Part shown: in pieces, positions 1-11,233 of the stretch | How the letters are laid out: every line of letters begins with the position of its first letter | Numbering within the stretch: position 1 is the first letter of the stretch | Assembly (NCBI GenBank): GCA_900547435.1 | Contig: URGO01000001.1 | Location: 1-54,540 of the forward strand | DNA: 54,540 nucleotides | Source: an uncultured Parabacteroides sp. | GTDB lineage: Bacteria > Bacteroidota > Bacteroidia > Bacteroidales > Tannerellaceae | Reading direction: 5' to 3' | Translations under genes and position numbers: made by a program | The notes under the pieces: generated by a model | Database searches by the model: none | What the model saw: the letters and a program-made list of their open reading frames with translations, nothing else | What the model was told of the DNA's origin: nothing

Positions 1-74
1 CGGAATCGGTAGACGCGCTGGTCTCAAACACCAGTGGATTCACTTCCATCCCGGTTCGACCCCGGGTCTGGGTA
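1..74 (+). tRNA. tRNA-Leu(CAA), 5' end cut off by window edge
   Basis: D-arm GGAATCGGTAGACGC, anticodon stem CTGGT-ctCAAac-ACCAG, long variable arm, T-arm CCCGG-TTCGAC-CCCGGG, 3' acceptor strand TCTGGGT-A; CCA not fully encoded. Confidence 0.93.
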
Positions 75-81
75 CGAGGAT

Positions 82-127
82 AAAAGCTAAGTGTTGAATA
101 GTCAATCGCTTAGCTTTTTCTTTTTTC
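82..127 (+). terminator. Intrinsic terminator after the tRNA
   Basis: AAAAGCTAAG...CTTAGCTTTT stem followed by T-rich run. Confidence 0.7.
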
Positions 128-240
128 TGGATTTTCCCCACACGTGCAAAATATGGGGCATGGAAGTGCAGATTTTGCTTGGTGGAACAACGCAAAAAAC
201 GTACCTTTGAATAAAAATAAAGCCAATTAAACAGCAATCA

Positions 241-1050
241 ATGGAACAAGGTATATGGCAGGAGATAGAAGCACTGCTCCAAAAGTTTCAGAAACTTGGT
301 ATCGGTGAAGCGGTGGACTATGAAAAGTACTACCTCTATTCCCTTATTGCCCACTCCACAGCCATTGAAGGCTCTACGCTGACGGAAGTAGAAGCCCAGC
401 TCTTGTTTGATGAAGGTGTGGTGGCTGGCGGCAAACCGCTCATTTATCATTTAATGAATGAGGATTTAAAGAAAGCCTACGAATTGGCGAAAGAAGAAGC
501 AAGGCACAAAACACCTATTACTTCGGTTTTCCTACAGATGCTAAACGCGACCTTGATGCGCACAACCGGGAGTGTTCATAATGTGATGGGTGGTTCTTTC
601 GATTCCTCGAAAGGCGAGTATCGCTTGTGTGGCGTTACGGCTGGCATCGGTGGACGTTCTTATATGAACTATCAGAAAGTTCCTGCTAAGATCAATGAAC
701 TATGCAGCCAATTGCAAGAACGTATTGGCACTGCATCCACCATTAAAGAGCAATACGAGCTTAGCTTTAATGCCCATTTGAACTTGGTAACTATTCATCC
801 GTGGGTGGATGGCAATGGGCGTACCTCCCGATTGTTGATGAACTACATCCAGTTTCTTTATTGTCTTTTCCCGACTAAGATATTCAAGGAAGATAGGAAC
901 GAGTATATTCTCGCTTTGCGGCAATCGCAAGAAGAGGATTGCAATTCGCCTTTCTTGGTATTCATGGCTGAGCAATTAAAGAAATCCCTCTCTTTGGAGA
1001 TTGAATGGTTCAATGCTTCGCAAAAGAGAGGATTGGGGTTTATGTTTTAA
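241..1050 (+). CDS. Fic family protein (class II, putative AMPylase)
   Basis: Fic motif HPWVDGNGRTSR; N-terminal inhibitory-helix motif STAIEG; TACCTTTG -7 box at 202-209. Confidence 0.9.
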   Translation: MEQGIWQEIEALLQKFQKLGIGEAVDYEKYYLYSLIAHSTAIEGSTLTEVEAQLLFDEGVVAGGKPLIYHLMNEDLKKAYELAKEEARHKTPITSVFLQMLNATLMRTTGSVHNVMGGSFDSSKGEYRLCGVTAGIGGRSYMNYQKVPAKINELCSQLQERIGTASTIKEQYELSFNAHLNLVTIHPWVDGNGRTSRLLMNYIQFLYCLFPTKIFKEDRNEYILALRQSQEEDCNSPFLVFMAEQLKKSLSLEIEWFNASQKRGLGFMF

Positions 1051-1178
1051 CATTTTTGCAAAGCGATACAATAAACCTGACATAAACTTGCATTAATTGG
1101 GATTTTTCGCTGACCTGAAAAATGTCAATTTTTATAGTTAACTCGCTGATATATAAAAGCAAAGTGTCGCAGAAAAAC

Positions 1179-1704
1179 GAACGTTTTTTTGCGACACTTT
1201 TGCTAAGTAGACTTTGCAAAATCGAAGGTCGATTTTTATTATGTAGAGACGCAAAATTTTGTATATAGGAGATTCTTCGACTGCGCTTACGCTTCGCTCA
1301 GAATGACGATGGATATAATTAATTGGCAAAAATGCTTATCTTTACACTCCGCTCAATATGCCCCAATTATAGAATCCGGCAATTTTCAACTTTTGCCTTT
1401 TATTTTTAAGAAAGCATCGGTTATTTATGCTTATAAATCCTTGCATTTATGCCGATTTCTCCAGACAAACATAGGCATAAACGCCGGCAAAAATAGGCAT
1501 GAATTCTTATACCTTATTATATATATAGCGAATAAAGTCTTCCCTTCGGAAGAGATTTCGTTACGCCAAAAAGCGGTTTTGTACTCGAATCTCTGCACCC
1601 TTGATAAGAAAGCCCCAATTAATTCAAAAAAAATTTGGTGATTGTTTGCTTGTATGAAAAAAGGTTGTACTTTTGCATTTGAAAAGTGTCGCAAAAAAAC
1701 GTTC
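1179..1704. promoter_or_regulatory. Invertible promoter segment bounded by perfect 23-bp inverted repeats, ON orientation
   Basis: GAACGTTTTTTTGCGACACTTTT (1179-1201) is the exact reverse complement of AAAAGTGTCGCAAAAAAACGTTC (1682-1704); enclosed promoter TTTG (1645-1648), 19 bp spacer, TACTTTTG (1668-1675) points at the gene at 1803. Confidence 0.85.
1243..1307. repeat. REP-like half site GTAGAGACGCAAAATTTTG plus a GTCATTCTGAGCGAAG-type palindromic repeat (minus strand)
   Basis: 1243-1261 matches the left arm of the palindrome at 29529-29554. Confidence 0.55.
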
Positions 1705-1802
1705 CTTTTTTTGCAACACATTAGGATTAGAGGTCAGGTAGTTACCTCAAAAATGAAGAACGATATACTCAATATTTTACTAACTAAATAATTAATTTAA
1801 TT

Positions 1803-4800
1803 ATGAACAAAAAAGTACTTACGCTTTGTGCGGGCTTCCTGCTCGCCGGTTCACTGACTGCAGTGGCTCAGTACTGCCCTCAAAATGGGGAGGTAGATTA
1901 TCGTACCCGTTTGGTTAAGTCGGCAGAATTGGATGCTACTTTTGAGGATGTGTACAAGATTAATCAAGAGTATTACTATCAGTTGGAAGTAGATCCTGCG
2001 ACTTTACCAGTCGGAGAGGAGCAAGGTCAGAAAGAAAATGTAACTTATGTATTGTCTGTTGAGCGCGATTATTCTACAGGTAAATTGTATTTGACCGCAC
2101 AGCCTATTACAAAAACTACATTAACTCATACTTTGTGGAAAATCAAAGTAACAGACCGCTCTGCTAATGGTCGTGTCTATTCTTATACCAACTTGGAAAC
2201 TGGTTTTGAATTAACATTTGATCATACTAACGCATTGCAAATTGATCCGGAATCTACAGCTGATGCAAAGAGAATCGTTGTGCCGGATGAGTACGGCAAG
2301 GACAATGGTAAAAATGATGCCAATGTAGGTTGGGATTACGAAAATGATGGTTTGATGGACGGTTGTACATCAAATTGGGCTTGGTATACTACCGATGATG
2401 TAACAGGCAATGATGCTTTTGGTTATAAGAAAATCTTCTCTTATTTCCATAATCAGACTGACTCTGTGATGACTTTGGTTGCATTGCAAAATAGTACGGT
2501 TACGGAACACAATTTAGGAAATCGATTGGCTTATGCTCCAACTGATCCGAAAATCCGCAAAATCACAGACGGTTTGGCTGAAGATGGATTGAATGGTGAT
2601 AGAGCTACGGGCTATGCTGTGGTCGCTATTAAGGATTCTAAGTTTGGCGCTGATGATTATATCGAAAGCTTAAAGACTTGGCCGTTAAAGATTAAGCCGG
2701 TTGTCGCAGGTGCTAAAGTTTTGAATGCAGATGAAATCAATTCAATGATTGATGCTGATGGTTCTTGGCTAAGCTTCAATGATCATATTTCAAGCTATGA
2801 TGCATGGAATGAGACCAATAATAATAGAAAAGGTAAAGAAACTAAATTTACAGTCTATAAGCCTGGAACCGAAGATGCGTTGACCTTATCAACAAATCCG
2901 TTTGCAGATAAGCTTGTTGCTATTGATGCGGCTGAAGAGGCTAATTTGGATAGAAATAACACAAGTGCTTATGCAGGATATAACATCTTGTTCGAAACAA
3001 AAGATGCTATTCTTGCAGCAGAAAACGGAGATAAGCAATATGGTTATTTGTATGTGTCAGAATATCCGTATGAAGGTAAAGCATTCCAAGGTATTTACAA
3101 TGGTTTGGAAGTAAAAATTGCTCCGTATGCTTGGTTGGAAAAAGAAAAAATGGCGATAGATGGTAATTTAGTTGCCAATCCGAAACATATCGAAAAACGA
3201 TATAATAAGGATGCTGCTTATGCAAGTATAGATCATTATTCAAAATATGATGCATTACAAGCGCGTTACCATTGGAAGGTTACTTATTATGCAACTAATG
3301 ACAGTGTTGTATTTGAGCCGTTGAATGCTTCTCGTATGTCTCAGTCTGAAATGACATTAGGTAAGAAGTATGAGGAGACAGCTTTAGCATCTGCAAAACA
3401 TCCGGGAGCTTTCTTGAACACCGTTAATCGTGGTGCTGCTTATGGCACGGTTGTTAGTGGATACGAAGCAAATAACACTATGTTCGAAAAAGCTGCAGGT
3501 GTTCCAGTTGCATTGTATGCAATGAACTTTGGAGAACCTAATGCTGATATTGCAAGCTATTTGACTGTTGGTTATGCTTCTGGTATTTTGGATGATGAAA
3601 CAGCTGTAGATGCAGAAAATAAGAACTTTGCAGCAGTAAAGAAATCAGAAAAAGGAAATCCAGCTTATGTAACTAATAAGGAAGGGTTTGACTATCAGTC
3701 AGACATGGAAATGACTCTTCGTTTCGTAAACGATTATACTTATTTGACTCGTGCTACGATGGAAGATGGCGTTTACTTCATGAACTTGAAGACAACGAAG
3801 TTTAGCTCATCATTGACTGAAAACCGCGTAGATGGTGCTTATATCGTGGAAGATATGAAGGGTCATGTTGTATATGATACACAAGATGAAACTCAAGATT
3901 TCACACACATGCCGGCTACTCAGTGGGTTATTGAACGTCAACCGTGTTTGACAGGAGATGATGTAAATACAAATGAAAATCCGACTGTTGCTATTTACAA
4001 CCGTGAATTTAACGGTAAGGGTAGCTTGAACGGTGTTTACACAAATCCTGCACCTGTATTCGAAGGTCAATTGTACACAGCTGGTGATGGCAAGTTCTTT
4101 ACGATCAATCACCGTGCTTACGGACATAAGAATCCGGGTACAGTAGATCATCATACAAACTTCTTGTATAATTGTGCGGATACCGTAACCTTTACTCCGG
4201 TTGAAGTTAATGAATTGGGTTACTTCAATGAAGAGGAAGATGTATTGCGTGATAACGTATATCAATTCCAGCACATGTATGACATGGGTCTGAATGCTTT
4301 CTTGGGTGTAGGTAAAGACAATGTAGTTAAGTTGGTTGAGAATGGCGAAACGCAATTCGAATTGTTCCGTGCTCAGGGTTGGTATCCGGTTGAAGAAACT
4401 TCAACTAAGATTGAAGGCGATAAAGTTGTTGAATACAAGACTGGCACATACAAGTTCGCTTATCAAGATTCTATCAAGTATGGTTATGCAAGTGAAGCAG
4501 CTAATGCTACTCAGTTGAGCATGACATTCTACAAGATTAAGGTGAAAGATGCGAACTTAATCGACAACGATCATACATTCTTGGCTATCAATAACCAGCA
4601 TGTATATGTAGTTGCTACAGAGGAAGAAATCGAAAACAAGGCTAATCACTTGTCTTATGCTGTAGTTGCTTTGAAAGAACACAATCACTTGGATGGCAAT
4701 CATGGTTATGCATTCATCAATGTTCCGGAATATACATTCGTAGATGGTAATGCAAGCGAACTGAAAGGTTTGAAGAAGACTACTTTGAAGAACGAATTAG

Positions 4801-6179
4801 GTTTGGATTATGATGCTTACTATGTAGATGTTGATCCAACAGATGAGGAATATAACGCTTCTAAGGATGTCGTTAAAGTAAGAATGAACATCGACAACTA
4901 CCGTATCACTGGTAAGTTGGCAGTTGAAGATGCAGATTTGAATGCTAAGATTGCTGACTTGTGCGAAACGACTACAAGCTCATTTGCTTTGGTACAGGGT
5001 GACAACAAGCGTTATGCTACATTGCCGGCTGAATATGTAAACAATGCTAAGAAAGTTATCGACTTGGTAACTATCGACGAACAGAGTAACCAGAGCTTGT
5101 ATGAAGATTCAGGTTCTAAGTTGGCTATTGCTAATGGTTTGAACTATTTGGCTGCTGAGAACTTAGGTGATCAGACTGACCGTGAAGGCTTCTATGTTGA
5201 TAAGGTTGCTGCTTCTTCAACTGTAATGCCGCAGTACATGTTGGTTGTAGCTGCTGACAGCGTTCCGGCTTATACATATTGTGATTGCGATATCCACAAT
5301 GTTAAACATGGCATCAATAGCGGTTGCGAACACTCTGAAAACTTTGCAGGTTATGTAGAAGGTCGCTTCTTGGTTAACTTCAATGATTCTGTACAGAATG
5401 CAATCAACCGTCTGGAAAATGCTGATAAGTTCCGTTCAAGCAACTACACTCGCTTAGGCTTCGTTGAAGCTGTACACCGTGGTGATAGCTTGTATGTATT
5501 GAAAGCTCCTTACACATTGGAATCTATCAAGGAAGCTGCTGCTGACGGTTCTGGCGATATGATTATCAATCCGTTGTTCTTGTCTGCTGACAGCTTAGGT
5601 AAAGTTTACGATATCGTTCCATTGGATGGTAAGCACAACAATGTTGTATTCGCATTCAGAAATACAGGCGATGAATACAACAGCATTATGCTTGAATCTA
5701 ACGACTCAGCAAACAAAGATGGCAAACCTTACTCAGTTTATTCAGGTGTAGGTTCATTTGCTGGTGCTTGGGTTAAGTTGATCAACGGTGTACCTGTATT
5801 GGCTAAGTACTACGATGTAAACGGCAACCACAACACAGGCGATAGCACTGATTCTTGGAAAGATCAGGCAGATTGGCAGCCGAGCGAAAGCACGGGTGAA
5901 GTTATCAACCAAGGTGCTCGCTTCACATTCTCTGCAATCGACAAAGACGCATCTGCTACAGCTAACGAAGAAATCACTGCTGGTACTGTAACAGTAGTTG
6001 CAACTGACGGTGCTGTAATCGTTAAGGGTGCAGAAGGCAAGAATGTAATCGTAAGCACAATCTTAGGTAAGGTAGTTGCTAACGAAACTATTAACTCTGA
6101 CAATGAAACAATCGCTGCTCCGGCAGGTATCGTGGTAGTATCTGTTGACGGCGAAAGCTTCAAGGTGGTAGTTAAATAA
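1803..6179 (+). CDS. Large secreted surface (S-layer-like) glycoprotein with DUF6383-type C-terminal domain
   Basis: Signal peptide; C-terminus ATANEEI...GIVVVSVDGESFKVVVK; about ten D-(S/T)-(A/I/L/V/M/T) O-glycosylation sequons; Cys/His cluster CDCDIH...CEH. Confidence 0.85.
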   Translation: MNKKVLTLCAGFLLAGSLTAVAQYCPQNGEVDYRTRLVKSAELDATFEDVYKINQEYYYQLEVDPATLPVGEEQGQKENVTYVLSVERDYSTGKLYLTAQPITKTTLTHTLWKIKVTDRSANGRVYSYTNLETGFELTFDHTNALQIDPESTADAKRIVVPDEYGKDNGKNDANVGWDYENDGLMDGCTSNWAWYTTDDVTGNDAFGYKKIFSYFHNQTDSVMTLVALQNSTVTEHNLGNRLAYAPTDPKIRKITDGLAEDGLNGDRATGYAVVAIKDSKFGADDYIESLKTWPLKIKPVVAGAKVLNADEINSMIDADGSWLSFNDHISSYDAWNETNNNRKGKETKFTVYKPGTEDALTLSTNPFADKLVAIDAAEEANLDRNNTSAYAGYNILFETKDAILAAENGDKQYGYLYVSEYPYEGKAFQGIYNGLEVKIAPYAWLEKEKMAIDGNLVANPKHIEKRYNKDAAYASIDHYSKYDALQARYHWKVTYYATNDSVVFEPLNASRMSQSEMTLGKKYEETALASAKHPGAFLNTVNRGAAYGTVVSGYEANNTMFEKAAGVPVALYAMNFGEPNADIASYLTVGYASGILDDETAVDAENKNFAAVKKSEKGNPAYVTNKEGFDYQSDMEMTLRFVNDYTYLTRATMEDGVYFMNLKTTKFSSSLTENRVDGAYIVEDMKGHVVYDTQDETQDFTHMPATQWVIERQPCLTGDDVNTNENPTVAIYNREFNGKGSLNGVYTNPAPVFEGQLYTAGDGKFFTINHRAYGHKNPGTVDHHTNFLYNCADTVTFTPVEVNELGYFNEEEDVLRDNVYQFQHMYDMGLNAFLGVGKDNVVKLVENGETQFELFRAQGWYPVEETSTKIEGDKVVEYKTGTYKFAYQDSIKYGYASEAANATQLSMTFYKIKVKDANLIDNDHTFLAINNQHVYVVATEEEIENKANHLSYAVVALKEHNHLDGNHGYAFINVPEYTFVDGNASELKGLKKTTLKNELGLDYDAYYVDVDPTDEEYNASKDVVKVRMNIDNYRITGKLAVEDADLNAKIADLCETTTSSFALVQGDNKRYATLPAEYVNNAKKVIDLVTIDEQSNQSLYEDSGSKLAIANGLNYLAAENLGDQTDREGFYVDKVAASSTVMPQYMLVVAADSVPAYTYCDCDIHNVKHGINSGCEHSENFAGYVEGRFLVNFNDSVQNAINRLENADKFRSSNYTRLGFVEAVHRGDSLYVLKAPYTLESIKEAAADGSGDMIINPLFLSADSLGKVYDIVPLDGKHNNVVFAFRNTGDEYNSIMLESNDSANKDGKPYSVYSGVGSFAGAWVKLINGVPVLAKYYDVNGNHNTGDSTDSWKDQADWQPSESTGEVINQGARFTFSAIDKDASATANEEITAGTVTVVATDGAVIVKGAEGKNVIVSTILGKVVANETINSDNETIAAPAGIVVVSVDGESFKVVVK

Positions 6180-6183
6180 ATAT

Positions 6184-6297
6184 AGGAGTTAGAAGGAGTT
6201 AATGGAGTTAGAGGAGTTAAAGCCGATACTCTTGGAATACTTTCAAAAGCATTTGGCTTAACTCCTATAACTCCTGCACGAAGTGCTAACTCCTTTG
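6184..6297. repeat. Fold-back element of GGAGTTA(n) / (n)TAACTCC tandem units
   Basis: Four GGAGTTA units, a spacer, then three TAACTCC units; closely similar copy at 51955-52160. Confidence 0.8.
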
Positions 6298-6490
6298 ACT
6301 ACTAAAGAAGTTCATAACACGAAAATGTTGAATTGTTAATATAACGATATAATTCAATTTTCCGTCCAATTGGAAACCAGTTGAAGAGTAACTCGCGAGA
6401 GGGAAAGACGGAGTTAGTAATAATAGTGTAATTAAGAAAAGTTCTATTTTAAAGCAATGCCATCCGTGAGGATTCGCAATGCGTAAAAAC

Positions 6491-6525
6491 AAAAGCCTCT
6501 CTATTCAATGTAGAGGGGCTTTTTT
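6491..6525 (+). terminator. Intrinsic terminator
   Basis: AAAAGCCTCTCTA-ttcaatg-TAGAGGGGCTTTTTT. Confidence 0.8.
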
Positions 6526-6592
6526 CGCAAAAGCGAAAGCTTAAGGATGCCGATTGCAGAACAAACTGAGTAATAACTTAAAAATTAGAATC

Positions 6593-9500
6593 ATGAAACA
6601 ACGATTACTTTTAAGCCTACTGATGCTGTTTGTGTCGGTGGGGTTGGTGAAGGCGCAATCGCCAACAACGCAGTATATCGATTTGTCGATTCCTGCCGGT
6701 ACCTCGGGTAAGGTAACGATTACTATCAAAAATACCGAGGCGGTGATGCAAAAGGGGACCGGGGCATATTATCCTGTATTTACTCCTGCTGTAGAGCCGA
6801 CAATAAGTGCAGATAAGAAAACGGCGACTTATGAAATTCCTTATAAGGCAGATGCTCCACAAACCATAAAGATTGCCGGTGCTGCTGATAGATTGAAAGA
6901 TGTAGAAATCACGATTGACGGTAAAGTCACGAGTTTTGATTGTACAACGTCAGACAAGCTGTTTGAGAATGTAAAGTCTTTAACATTTACCAATAATGGC
7001 GAATTGGAGAGTCTTAAATTTAAAGGACTGACCAACATTGTATCGGTAGACGCATCAAACAACAAACTGAAATCTACAGCGATTTATCCGCAAGAAACAC
7101 CGATGTCGAAGTTGGAATCATTCAACGTGTCTAACAACCCATTGGAATCAGTTCCGGAAGTGGTCATCAATTCACCGTCTATTAAGACCTTAAATCTGTC
7201 AAAGACTGAATTATCTGGAGACGGTTTGAATTTTTCTGGCTTTTCGGCGTTGGAAGATTTGGATTTGTCGGATAATGCTTTAACAAAGCTGACTGTTGGC
7301 AACGGTTTGAAGAAGTTAGATGTCAGCAACAATAAGTTGCTCCGTGTTGATGGTATAGGAAAAGACACGAAAGTAACCATGGGCAAGCAGGAAATCACAT
7401 CCAATGTTGAGGTGGAAGCTTCTGCCGGACTGAATATGGCTACAAAATGGAATATGAACTTCGGTTTGCCGGCTTTTGGAGAAAATGATTGGACATAGGT
7501 AACAGACATTGTTTGGGAGCAATTAGCCGATGGTAGTACATATAAGAAAGTAGACCATGGTCAGAAAGCCTATGGTGTTTCCAATCCGGCTACTATCTTG
7601 TTCTATTCTCCGAGTGGAAATAATATATTCCAAAGTGGTACGTATCGGGTAACTATTAAATATAATGGTGCGGAAATGGTTATTAGCAATATTAAGGTTA
7701 CTCCGGCTAAGTTTGATTTGGAGATAGTAAAGAATTATATTAAAGTAACTCAAGATGGAAATGCTGTTGCCAATGGTGGCGAAGTATATCAAGGTAATAT
7801 CCTGATCGCTTCGATTGACCGTGAAGGCTTCGAATTGGATAAGTTTGTACCTGACGGTTTGGTGGAAGAACCGGAGAGCAGTGTAGATGAAAACCATATT
7901 GCGTTCCGCGTAGCCGGTTATTGGGTTGCGAATGATCGTAGGGCGGTAGCTCCTTCGATTGACGCCACGTTGAAAGACGCGTTGTTGACGGTAACAGCCG
8001 AGTCCAATGTGGATGGCGAAATGAACACGGTTTCTATTGTTGCTCAGAAAGAGGATAAGACAATCAACATCCAGAATAATGGAAAGACAGAAGGTATTCC
8101 TTATCAAAGTAAAGTGGTGATTACCCTGAAAGCGGATGTGGGCTATGATCCGGAATTGACGATTGACGGGAAACCGGTAAAACCGGAATTGAAACCGAAT
8201 TCGACTACAGAGTATGAATATGTGATAGAAGAATTGGTAAAAGACAATACACATATTGTAGCTAATGTGGTGAAGAGTTCGAATGTCCGTATCGACATGA
8301 AGATGGAAGGTGAAATTAAAAATATTAATGATGCTTTTGTAAACAATCAGATTCAGGTTGTCAACAACAAAACGACTCATGTTTACATATATAATGATAT
8401 GTCTGATCCGGGATATGTTCCAGGTACAAAAGCAACTATTACTATCCATCTGACCGAAGATGCGGTAAATGGCACAGGTAATTATAATGACAAACCGATT
8501 GTAATTGACCAGATTCTGTATGGTTCTACGGAAATTCCTTTTGAAGAACCTAAAAAAGTAACCGATCCTACAGGTGCGGCTCTCCAATATACTGCTACTT
8601 TTGATGTGCTTCCAACCGGTGGAACGATTACGATTGTAACGAAAGTAGCACCGGCGGTAACGATTAACCCGGTTTATGGACAGGGAATCAGCGACAAGAT
8701 TCAGATTCATACTTACGATGGTACAGCAAAAGCATTCGAATACAAGACCAATCCGGTGGAATATTACGATGATGTGAAGGTGCAGTATAAGAAAGATAAT
8801 AATGATTATACCGACAAAAAACCGGTAGAAGCCGGGGATTGGAAAGTCCGTTATTGGATGGAGTCTACTTCGGACCACCAGGCTACAACACCGAAAGAAG
8901 ATTGGATAATCCGCATCAAGAAAGCGGTCCCTGAAATTACCGCTATTCCGAAGGTGGATGTACAGAATGGTAAATATGTAATTACCGGTGGTGAAGTGAA
9001 GTTCAATGGCACGGCATTAACCAATGGTTACTTCCGGGTAGTTGGAAAGAATAGTTCTGGTGAATGGCAAGAAGTTTCTAAACAGGAAACTACGCAGACA
9101 GCCGCTCACTTGGTACATGTGGGTTATTTCGTAACGAATGGCGAAAGTAGTTCTTTGAATGAGAACTTCGAAATAGCAGTCGTATCGACTACGGCAACAA
9201 TTAATGGCCAAGGCGAAGTGGATCCGGTTGCTGTATCTTTCGAAGGCCTTTCAGACAAGAATTTCGGCATCGAGATGTTCAACGGTGATTTCCCGTTAGA
9301 AAACAATGAAACTGTTCCGACCGGAGCAACCGTTAAGGTTAAACTGACTGTACCGGCTAATTGGAAGAATATCAAGTTGTATGCTAATGGAATTGTCATT
9401 CCGGATACAGATAAAGAAGATTTGACTGGAACAGGCGAGCGCATCGTTATTTTCTCTTACCAAGTAACCAAACCGACCGTGTTCAAGGTGGAAGGTGATG

Positions 9501-11083
9501 AAGTAGCGTTGAATAAGGAATTTACAGTTACAGTCCGTGATTATGAGACTATTTATAACGGGGAAGAACAAGCTTATCCGGAAACGAAAGATTATTTGAT
9601 TGTACTTTTGGATGATGCAACCTCTTCGACAAGTAATACGCAAGTTTCGAATATTGCAGATTTGAAACCTGAGTTCTCTTATGCTAAAGTGGAAAATGGA
9701 TCAGAAGTTGCCGTGAAGATTCCGAAAGATGCCGGAACATATAAAGTATATGTAACTATACCTTATCCGGGAGCTTCATCCGGTTGGAATGAATATAAAG
9801 AATCCAAAGATAATGTCGGCACAATGGTCATCAAGCAAGCTGAGACGACCATCGTTGAATCTCCGAAACCGACCTTGATTCCGCAAGGCCAAACGTTGGA
9901 ACAGTCTAACCTGATTGACGGTTTGGCTAAGAATCTTGTAAATGGTAAGCCCGGAGACAAGACGGTTGCCGGAACATTCAAATGGGCGGATGATGTCATC
10001 AACACGATACCGGAAGACGGTAAGCAGTATGATGTAGTATTCGTGCCGGATAATGACAGTTATGCCGAGTCTTCTGTAAAGGTAAAGGTTACGGTATCTG
10101 ATAAGAACCTGATTACCATTAAGAATCCGGGAGCACAAGTAGGAACAATTGTTGTGACTGACGCTGTAACCGGCAAGCAATATTTTGGCGAAGAGGAAAT
10201 CACTCCGGGTACAAAGTTGCGCATTCAGGTAACTCCGACCAAAGACTTTAAGTTTGAATACTTAGAAATCAATGGCGAGAGAATAGAACAGAGCGATTAT
10301 ATCTATACGGTAGAAGACAGCTCTATCGCTATTTCCGCAGAGTTCAGTGTTGTTGAACCGGATCCGGAATTTGATCCGAGCAGCCAGTATCTTGTAACGG
10401 TCAACCCAAGCGGTCGTGGCTTTGAAGTGGATAAAGTAGGTGATTTTGGTGTACTTCGCGAAGGCGACTTCAGCTTTACGGTGAAGGCATTGGCAGCAGA
10501 TATGTCGAAGATTGTCGTAAAGACCTCACGTGGTGAGACCCTGACCGGCAAGAACGGCGTTTATACGATTGAGGAAGTAACCGAAAATATGAGCGTCAAC
10601 GTATCGTTGCCGAATCCGACGGAAATCAAGGTAGAGATTCCGGCTGAATACGAAAACGAAGGCGGTTATAAGATTGGTACCGTTCAGGTAGAAGGCAGCA
10701 TTGACGGCAAATATTACTATGGCGATGTGATTACGGTTATCGCTATCCCGGTAGACGGAACCAACTTTGAGAAATGGTCTGACGGAAGCAAGGAACAAGT
10801 TCATGAGATTGCTTTGTATAAAGATACGACATTGAAAGCAACATTCAAGGGCGTTCCGACCGGCATCGAAGATATCGAATCCGCTTCTATCTCTACAGGC
10901 CGTGGTTTCATTCTGGTGAAGAATGCAGCGCATGCAGATGTGAAAGTAATCAGCATCAGCGGTCGTTTGCAGGCTCAGCAGGAAGTAAACGGAGATACCC
11001 GCATTGATGTGCCGCAAGGTATCTATGTGGTCGTATTGGAAAGCGGTTCGGATGTGAAACGTGTGAAAGTAATCGTTAAGTAA
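6593..11083 (+). pseudogene. LRR plus Ig/MBG-like repeat surface protein with T9SS-type C-terminal domain, interrupted by one in-frame TAG at 7496-7498
   Basis: ORFs 6554-7498 and 7598-11083 share a frame and the codons between them are open; signal peptide after ATG 6593; LRR motifs (LxxLDLSxNxL); C-terminus PTGIEDI...GIYVV...KVIVK. Confidence 0.8.
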
Positions 11084-11084
11084 T

Positions 11085-11200
11085 ATCTTAACTGGTTAAC
11101 CCAAAGCGTGGTTAACGAGTTGACCCACAGACGAGGGGCAAGCAAACAAGCGAACAGGAGGAATTTCAACCTGCCGGCTTGTCGGCTTGCCCTTTGTCGT
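11085..11200. repeat. Fold-back element of about 8-nt units (ACAAGC/GCTTGT type) between convergent genes; may also act as terminator
   Basis: GGGGCAAGCAAACAAGC...GCTTGTCGGCTTGCCC inverted arms. Confidence 0.5.
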
Positions 11201-11233
11201 TAGAAAAATCTGGAATAAATTCGAAACAGCTTC

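Noticed and set aside
1303..1721. Small ORFs inside the invertible segment
   Set aside because: Composed of repeat and promoter DNA with no protein-like features; not a recombinase
7523..8878. 451-aa antisense ORF and other long antisense ORFs (28542-29456, 38405-39400, 42365-43369)
   Set aside because: Shadows of well-supported genes on the opposite strand with no recognisable motifs
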